The notes under the pieces were generated by a model. That model was not told the origin of the DNA. It did no database searches and saw only the letters and a program-made list of their open reading frames with translations. A stretch of DNA of 32,000 nt. Origin: Turicibacter sp. TJ11 (GTDB lineage Bacteria > Bacillota_I > Bacilli_A > MOL361 > Turicibacteraceae). This document shows, piece by piece, positions 26,324 through 32,000 of this stretch (its first letter is position 1; each line of letters starts with the position of its first letter). Location of the stretch: the NCBI RefSeq assembly GCF_021497505.1, contig NZ_CP069349.1:179861-211860 (forward strand), written 5' to 3'. The position numbers and the translations under genes were made by a program.

Positions 26324-27292
26324 ATGAGTAAAGACCCTATTAAAATACCAGCAGTGTTTGAAACAATCGATGAAACTATTTCAGTTGTTGGTCACCATGA
26401 TAAGCATTTAAAAATTTTTGAAGATTACTATCATGTTGACATCTCACTTAGAGGTGATCAGTTATATGTATTTGGTGACGAGAAAAAAGCTGAAATTATT
26501 CGCGAAGTCTTACTAGCACTTGTTGACTTACACCGAAAAGGTAAAGAAATTACCGAGCGTGATGTACTATATGCGATAAAAATGAACGAGCAACATCGTT
26601 TAAAAGAGTTAGAGTCTTTATTTGATGAACGCTATAAAATCATTAAAACGGTGCAAGGAAAAACAATTTATGCGAAAACATTCAATCAAAAAGACTATTA
26701 TCGAAAAATTCAAGATAATGATCTTGTGTTTGGAATGGGACCTGCTGGAACAGGTAAAACGTATTTAGCTGTCGTTATCGGTGTGGCGTTACTTAAGAAA
26801 AACATCGTTCGTAAAATCATTTTGACACGTCCTGTTGTAGAAGCGGGAGAAAATTTAGGATTCTTACCTGGAGATTTAAAAGAAAAGGTTGATCCATACT
26901 TACGCCCATTATACGATGCATTATATGATGTACTCGGACTTGAGCAAACAGAAAAAATGATTGAACGTGGAATCATTGAAATTGCACCGCTAGCTTATAT
27001 GCGAGGTCGTACCCTTGAAGATGCTTATATTATTTTAGATGAAGCACAAAATACAACGAAACAACAAATGAAAATGTTTTTAACACGTTTAGGATTTAAC
27101 TCAAAAATGGTGGTAACAGGTGATGAAACGCAAATTGATTTACCAAAACCAGTTAAATCAGGATTAAAACATGCAAAGGAAATTTTACATGGTGTTAAAG
27201 GAATTGAATTTGTTCAATTTGAAACAGTTGATGTCGTTCGTCATACGCTAGTTCAAAAAATTATTGAAAGCTATGAAAAGACAGGTGAATAA
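26324..27292 (+). CDS. phoH: PhoH-family ATPase (PhoH/YqfE-like)
   Basis: Walker A GPAGTGKTYLA, Walker B ILDEAQN, and conserved LTRPVVEAGE.LGFLPGD. Confidence 0.93.
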   Translation: MSKDPIKIPAVFETIDETISVVGHHDKHLKIFEDYYHVDISLRGDQLYVFGDEKKAEIIREVLLALVDLHRKGKEITERDVLYAIKMNEQHRLKELESLFDERYKIIKTVQGKTIYAKTFNQKDYYRKIQDNDLVFGMGPAGTGKTYLAVVIGVALLKKNIVRKIILTRPVVEAGENLGFLPGDLKEKVDPYLRPLYDALYDVLGLEQTEKMIERGIIEIAPLAYMRGRTLEDAYIILDEAQNTTKQQMKMFLTRLGFNSKMVVTGDETQIDLPKPVKSGLKHAKEILHGVKGIEFVQFETVDVVRHTLVQKIIESYEKTGE

Positions 27293-27307
27293 AAAGGAGC
27301 AACACAT

Positions 27308-27781
27308 ATGGGAGTAGATATTCAATTTTATAATCAAACAAACGAATCAGTTGAATCATACGAAGCAATGATCACAAAAGTGGTTCATGAGACCATTAAA
27401 CAAGAACAATTAGCAAATGAAATGTTAGAGTGTAGTTTTATCTTTGTTGATAATGAACAAATTCGAGAAATTAATGCCACTTATCGACAAAAAGACGCAG
27501 TAACAGATGTGATAACATTTGCGATTGAAGATGAAATGCCAGGAGAAATTAAAATTCAAGGGATTCCAATGCCACGAATGCTTGGAGATGTATTTATTTC
27601 ATTACCTAGAACACGTGAACAAGCTGAACGATTTGGTCATTCTTTTGAACGTGAGTTAAGTTTCTTAGCTGTTCATGGATGTTTACACTTATTAGGCTAT
27701 GATCATTTAGAGCCTGAAGAAGAGAAAGTCATGTTTGGTAAACAGGAGGATGTCTTAAATGCGCTCGGAATTCGACGTTAA
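27308..27781 (+). CDS. ybeY: rRNA maturation endoribonuclease YbeY
   Basis: 157 aa with the zinc-binding motif HGCLHLLGYDH. Confidence 0.95.
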   Translation: MGVDIQFYNQTNESVESYEAMITKVVHETIKQEQLANEMLECSFIFVDNEQIREINATYRQKDAVTDVITFAIEDEMPGEIKIQGIPMPRMLGDVFISLPRTREQAERFGHSFERELSFLAVHGCLHLLGYDHLEPEEEKVMFGKQEDVLNALGIRR

Positions 27782-28145
27782 AGAAGCACATTCCGTTAAA
27801 GCATTAATTAAATCTTTTAAACATGCCTTTTTTGGCATCTTGACATCTTTTGTAATAGGGCGTAATATAAAGGTCCACTATACAGCATTATTGGTTGCTG
27901 TTTTAGGTGGCCTTTATTTTGGTATCAGTAAATTAGAGTTTCTCGCTATTTTATTAATTAGTGCTCAAGTGATTAGCTTAGAGATGGTGAATACAGCGAT
28001 TGAACGAACGGTGGATTTAGTTACGTCTGATTATCATGTTTACGCCAAAATTGCAAAGGATGTTGCCGCTGGAGCGGTTTTGATCGCGTCAATTATCGCG
28101 GTTATTATTGGGGGAGTTATTTTTCTTCCATATATTTTTAATTAG
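27759..28145 (+). CDS. dgkA: DgkA-family lipid kinase (diacylglycerol/undecaprenol kinase)
   Basis: 128 aa with three TM helices and the conserved block E..NTAIE..VDL. Overlaps ybeY by 23 nt, with GGAGGA 8 nt upstream. Synteny ybeY-dgkA-cdd. Confidence 0.88.
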   Translation: MRSEFDVKEAHSVKALIKSFKHAFFGILTSFVIGRNIKVHYTALLVAVLGGLYFGISKLEFLAILLISAQVISLEMVNTAIERTVDLVTSDYHVYAKIAKDVAAGAVLIASIIAVIIGGVIFLPYIFN

Positions 28146-28159
28146 TAGGTGAAGAGTTA

Positions 28160-28564
28160 ATGAAAGAAAAGTACGCAGATTTAATTACAGCAGCAAAAGA
28201 AGCTTATAAAAATGCCTATGTTCCATATTCAAAATTCCCAGTTGGGGCAGCTTTAAAGTTAAAAGATGGTAGTATCATTAATGGAGCCAATGTTGAAAAT
28301 GCTTCATACGGATTAACAAACTGTGCTGAACGTTCAGCGTTATTTACTGCTTTTTCAAAAGGTTATCGTCGTGAAGACTTTGAGGCTATCGCCGTTGTTG
28401 CAAACACGGATCGTCCAATTTCTCCATGTGGAGCATGTCGTCAAGTCATCAGTGAATTAATGCCACAAGATGCCCAAGTTATTTTATTAAGTAACAAAGA
28501 TGAAGTTAAAACATATACCGTCGCAGACTTATTACCATATTCATTCACATCGGAGGATTTATAA
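28160..28564 (+). CDS. cdd: Cytidine deaminase
   Basis: 134 aa with zinc ligand motifs CAERSA and PCGACRQ. Confidence 0.95.
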   Translation: MKEKYADLITAAKEAYKNAYVPYSKFPVGAALKLKDGSIINGANVENASYGLTNCAERSALFTAFSKGYRREDFEAIAVVANTDRPISPCGACRQVISELMPQDAQVILLSNKDEVKTYTVADLLPYSFTSEDL

Positions 28565-29472
28565 TGAATCATGCAACATTCAAATCAGGATTTGTTTCAA
28601 TTATTGGACGCCCTAATGTTGGAAAATCGACATTTTTAAATAAAGTATTAGGAAAAAAAATCGCAATCATGAGTGATAAGCCTCAAACGACTCGTAATAA
28701 GATTCAAGGGGTTATTACTGATCACGATACACAAACAATTTTTATCGACACGCCAGGAATTCATAAACCAAAACATGAGTTAGGAAAATTCATGACCGAT
28801 TTAGCAATCGGAACGTTAAATGAAGTTGATGCCGTGATGTTTATGGTTAATGCAACAGAAAAATTAGGACGTGGAGATCGTTTTATTTTAGAACATTTAA
28901 AAGCAGTTAAACAACCGGTCTTTTTAGTCATTAATAAAATTGATTTAATTACGAAAGAAGATTTATTAGCTGTTATTGCTGCATTTAAAGAAGAGCATGA
29001 ATTTGCTGGAATTATTCCGATTTCTGCAAAAACAGGTGAAAATATCGAAACGTTACTTGAAGTTATTAAGGAAGAACTTCCTGAAGGGCCGCAGTTTTAT
29101 CCTTCTGACCACATTACCGATCATCCTGAACGCTTTATCATTTCAGAATTAATTCGTGAAAAAGTGTTACACTTAACTCATGAAGAAGTTCCACATTCAG
29201 TGGCTGTTGTCATTGATAAAATTGAAAAAGTAGAAGGTAAAAATGTGATCGATGTCATGGCTACCATTGTTGTAGAACGTCCATCACAAAAGGGAATTTT
29301 AATTGGTAAAGGTGGGAAGATGCTAAAAGACATCGGAACATTAGCTCGTAAAGATATCGTCAAATTATTAGGAACAAAAATTTACCTTGAGTTATGGGTA
29401 AAGGTTCAAAAAGATTGGCGTAATAAAAAATTGTACTTAAATGACTTTGGATACAGTGAAAAAGAATATTAA
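28564..29472 (+). CDS. era: GTPase Era
   Basis: G1 [10 protein letters not shown]3 DTPG, G4 NKID, and a C-terminal KH domain (GKGG..LK.IG). The start overlaps the cdd stop (TAATG). Confidence 0.97.
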   Translation: MNHATFKSGFVSIIGRPNVGKSTFLNKVLGKKIAIMSDKPQTTRNKIQGVITDHDTQTIFIDTPGIHKPKHELGKFMTDLAIGTLNEVDAVMFMVNATEKLGRGDRFILEHLKAVKQPVFLVINKIDLITKEDLLAVIAAFKEEHEFAGIIPISAKTGENIETLLEVIKEELPEGPQFYPSDHITDHPERFIISELIREKVLHLTHEEVPHSVAVVIDKIEKVEGKNVIDVMATIVVERPSQKGILIGKGGKMLKDIGTLARKDIVKLLGTKIYLELWVKVQKDWRNKKLYLNDFGYSEKEY

Positions 29473-29581
29473 TTCGACTTTTTAAGACAAAAATGTAATA
29501 AGCTCTCATAGATTTTCGTTTCCGAGACATACTAGTTACAGGGGCAAAAATAAAAGCGTAGCTAGTAAGAAGGGATAATAC

Positions 29582-29743
29582 ATGAATAGTCTAGAATGGG
29601 AAGTCTTTAAACGTACAGGAAAAATTGATCACTATCTGTTAATGAAGGAGTCAGAACATAAGTTAACAGTAGACAATTCTAATACTGAGTTCTCAGAGGA
29701 GATTGCTGATGTAAAGCCTGCTAAAGTTACAGAGGAGGAGTAA
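29582..29743 (+). CDS. yqzL: YqzL-family small protein (53 aa; below the ORF-track cut-off)
   Basis: Translation: MNSLEWEVFKRTGKIDHYLLMKESEHKLTVDNSNTEFSEEIADVKPAKVTEEE. The W..F..TG.I..YLL.KE pattern and the era-yqzL-recO position match B. subtilis yqzL. The recO RBS lies within its 3' end. Confidence 0.7.
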   Translation: MNSLEWEVFKRTGKIDHYLLMKESEHKLTVDNSNTEFSEEIADVKPAKVTEEE

Positions 29744-29747
29744 TGGC

Positions 29748-30488
29748 GTGGCAATTGAGGTTGAAGGAATTATATTGAAGAGCTTTAATTATGGTGAACA
29801 TCATAAAATTATTAAAGTTCTGACTGAGAATCAGGGGGTTATTGGTGTTTTTGTACAAAATGCCAATAAAATTAATACAAAAAAAAGTGCACTTGTTCAG
29901 CCGCTGACCTGTGCACATTTTAATTTAAAACCCTCAACTAACGCAAATAGCAATCTCTATTATGTTTATAGTGGAGATGTTATTGATTATTACTTAAATC
30001 TAAAATTAGATTATGAAAATATGACTTACTTTTATTTCATGATTGAATTAATATTAAAAGGCATGTCAGAGTCAGAGTTTAGCTCTTATATCTATCGAAT
30101 GCTAAAGAATTTTTTAGAAGCAGCTGATCAAGGATACTCAGCTTATTTACTAAGCCTTATTTTTCAATTAAAACTCATGCCTCTCATTGGAATTGCTCCA
30201 ATCATGGATTGTTGTGCTGTTTGTCAAAGCACTGAGCACATTGTAACATTAAGTGTTCGTCAAGGCGGATTGGTTTGTGCTAAATGTTATTTACCACAAG
30301 AACCGATTGTTGTTGACGCCTCGCTAATTCCCATCGTTAGAGCTCTATACAAAGTGGATATTGATCACTTGCCTGAGATTGAACTTGAAAAAGAGTTGCT
30401 TCTACCGATTGAGCAATTCTTAGATGCTTATTATGACTCGTATGCGGGCTTGCATCTGAAAACTAAAAAATTTATTAAAGAATTATAA
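29748..30488 (+). CDS. recO: DNA repair protein RecO
   Basis: 246 aa with an N-terminal OB-fold region and a zinc finger CAVC...CAKC. GTG start 7 nt after GGAGGAG. Confidence 0.9.
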   Translation: MAIEVEGIILKSFNYGEHHKIIKVLTENQGVIGVFVQNANKINTKKSALVQPLTCAHFNLKPSTNANSNLYYVYSGDVIDYYLNLKLDYENMTYFYFMIELILKGMSESEFSSYIYRMLKNFLEAADQGYSAYLLSLIFQLKLMPLIGIAPIMDCCAVCQSTEHIVTLSVRQGGLVCAKCYLPQEPIVVDASLIPIVRALYKVDIDHLPEIELEKELLLPIEQFLDAYYDSYAGLHLKTKKFIKEL

Positions 30489-30513
30489 AAAAGAGCCGAG
30501 GGGCTCTTTTTTT
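30487..30513 (+). terminator. Rho-independent terminator of recO
   Basis: AGAGCC-GAGG-GGCTCT stem followed by T7. Confidence 0.8.
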
Positions 30514-30699
30514 ATCTTAATGTGTCAAAGGACATACATATCTAGTTAGAGTTGGTGACAAGATAGGACAGAAAGTCAATTAAAATGATGATATTTTTAT
30601 AAAAATTTCATTTTTTCGTCGGTGTTTTTCATGTTTTTGTATATTGTGTTTTAAGTATTGATATAATATAATAGTAGTAGTATAATGCAATATTTATGT

Positions 30700-30895
30700 G
30701 AAGACGAAGAGTAGTACTTTAGAGTATTTGAATGATAGCGAGTCTGGGAAGGTGGAAGCCAGGTTTCAAGATCTTAAGGAAGGGAACTTCTGAGCATAGT
30801 TAACAAAGTGGTAAAGTGATGAACTTTACAAATAGGGTGGAACCGCGGGAATAACTCTCGTCCCTATGCTCGTGGCATAGGTATGGGAGTTTTTA
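30700..30895 (+). promoter_or_regulatory. T-box leader (tRNA-Gly-responsive transcription attenuator) of glyQS
   Basis: Stem I elements are present: GA/K-turn-like GACGAAGAG...CTTCTGAGC, distal AGCGAG and GGTGGAA. A purine-rich internal loop AAGGAAGGGAAC contains Gly codons. The conserved T-box sequence AATAGGGTGGAACCGCGGGAA is at 30831-30850. A terminator hairpin (about 30855-30889) plus TTTTT follows. Confidence 0.85.
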
Positions 30896-30945
30896 TTTTC
30901 TCTATGTTCACGAACTAAAAGTTTGTTAAGTAAAGGAGTGTTGAC

Positions 30946-32000
30946 ATGAGTCAAGTAACAATGGAAAAAATCGTAAACATGTGTAAAACACAAGGTTTTG
31001 TTTACCAAGGAAGCGAAATTTACGGTGGGTTAGCTAATACTTGGGATTATGGACCATTAGGTGTTGAGTTAAAAAATAACGTTAAAAAAGCTTGGTGGAA
31101 AAAATTCATTCAAGAATCACCATATAACGTAGGATTAGACAGTGCTATCTTAATGAATCCTCAAACTTGGGTTGCATCAGGGCACGTTGGTGGATTTAGT
31201 GATCCTTTAATGGACTGTAAAGAATGTAAAAGCCGCCATCGAGCAGATAAGTTAATTGAAGATCATGGAGATGACATTGTTGCTGATGGATGGACAGAAG
31301 AGCAAATGATGGCTTATATTCGTGAGCATAACATTGCTTGTCCAGAGTGTGGGGCGCATGACTTTACAGATATCCGTCAATTTGAATTAATGTTTAAAAC
31401 ACATATGGGTGTTGTTTCAGATGATAAATCAGCTGTTTATTTACGCCCAGAAACAGCACAAGGAATTTTTGTTAACTTTAAAAATGTTCAACGTACAAGT
31501 CGTAAAAAAGTTCCATTTGGTATTGGACAAATCGGAAAATCATTCCGTAACGAAATCACACCAGGAAACTTTACATTCCGTACACGTGAATTCGAACAAA
31601 TGGAGTTAGAATTCTTCTGTAAACCAGGTGAGGATGGACAATGGTATGAATTCTGGAAACAATATTGCTGGAATTGGTTAGTAAACTTAGGAATGAACCC
31701 AGACCATATTCGCCAACGTGAGCATTCACCAGAAGAATTAAGCCATTATAGTAATGGAACATCAGATATCGAATATAAATTCCCATTTGGTTGGGGAGAG
31801 TTATGGGGAGTTGCTAACCGTACAGACTTTGACTTAAAAGCACATATGGCTGAATCGGGAGCAAACTTTGAATATCAAGATCCAACAACAAATGAAAAAT
31901 ATGTTCCATATTGTATTGAACCATCAGTTGGAGCTGATCGTGTAACATTAGCATTCTTAGTTGATGCTTATGAAGAAGAAACATTAGAAAATGGAGAAAC
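30946..32000 (+). CDS. glyQS: Glycine--tRNA ligase, single-chain (alpha2 dimer, GlyQS type); 3' end beyond the window
   Basis: The ATG at 30946 follows AAAGGAG, and the frame stays open to the window end, which is why it is absent from the ORF track. Conserved class II GlyRS blocks: [50 protein letters not shown]. Confidence 0.95.
   Translation, partial: MSQVTMEKIVNMCKTQGFVYQGSEIYGGLANTWDYGPLGVELKNNVKKAWWKKFIQESPYNVGLDSAILMNPQTWVASGHVGGFSDPLMDCKECKSRHRADKLIEDHGDDIVADGWTEEQMMAYIREHNIACPECGAHDFTDIRQFELMFKTHMGVVSDDKSAVYLRPETAQGIFVNFKNVQRTSRKKVPFGIGQIGKSFRNEITPGNFTFRTREFEQMELEFFCKPGEDGQWYEFWKQYCWNWLVNLGMNPDHIRQREHSPEELSHYSNGTSDIEYKFPFGWGELWGVANRTDFDLKAHMAESGANFEYQDPTTNEKYVPYCIEPSVGADRVTLAFLVDAYEEETLENGE

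Noticed and set aside
26710-26976. 88-aa minus-strand ORF inside phoH; 29178..29363 inside era; 12659..12916 across the mutL/miaA junction
   Set aside because: They are antisense shadows of conserved CDSs.
29727-29918. 63-aa minus-strand ORF across the yqzL/recO junction
   Set aside because: It is antisense to two supported genes and has no RBS.
30826-31008. 60-aa minus-strand ORF overlapping the T-box terminator and the glyQS start
   Set aside because: The region is explained by the T-box leader and the glyQS RBS and start.
31409-31786. Two ORFs (31409..31609 + and 31571..31786 -) in the last kilobase
   Set aside because: Both lie inside the open glyQS reading frame (30946 to the window end), which carries unmistakable GlyRS motifs. 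They are alternative-frame and antisense artefacts.
1-32000. Search for CRISPR arrays, IS or transposon ends, integrases, prophage or defence genes, and rRNA/tRNA genes
   Set aside because: None were found. Every ORF above about 150 aa has a clear housekeeping or sporulation identity. No long terminal inverted repeats and no regularly spaced direct repeats were seen.

Overview
AT-rich, tightly packed core-genome window from an endospore-forming low-GC Firmicute (spoVS, cotE, yqfC/yqfD and a Spo0E-family gene are present). Almost all coding capacity is housekeeping. Gene order is colinear with three B. subtilis neighbourhoods that are joined here: (i) rodZ'-pgsA-recA-rny-ymdB-spoVS-miaB-ymcA-cotE-mutS-mutL, followed by miaA; (ii) lexA <> small ORF-ynzC, fer, tkt, yneF, a Spo0E-like gene, plsY <> parE-parC; (iii) yqfC-yqfD-phoH-ybeY-dgkA-cdd-era-yqzL-recO-[T-box]-glyQS'. 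I found no mobile element, CRISPR array, rRNA/tRNA gene or defence-island-like content, and no convincing novel multi-gene system. Several ORF-track starts are N-terminal over-extensions and were re-called from RBS, promoter and homolog evidence: rny, ymdB, miaB, mutS, miaA, nitroreductase, fer, yneF, parE, yqfC, yqfD. Three genes are missing from the track: a 57-codon SOS-controlled ORF, yqzL, and the 3'-truncated glyQS. Points worth a second look: (1) mutL is split by a 1-nt frameshift inside an A7 run, exactly where a -1 slip would restore the conserved ...AKK|MLP... sequence. (2) An unlisted 57-codon membrane ORF sits behind a consensus sigmaA promoter with LexA boxes, divergent from lexA, in the position of the SOS division inhibitor yneA/sosA. 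(3) A LexA-box-like palindrome forms the pgsA terminator stem upstream of recA. (4) Two ORF-free gaps of about 340-380 nt lie upstream of mutS and yneF. (5) A near-consensus sigmaE-type promoter precedes yqfC-yqfD. Smaller oddities are also listed.
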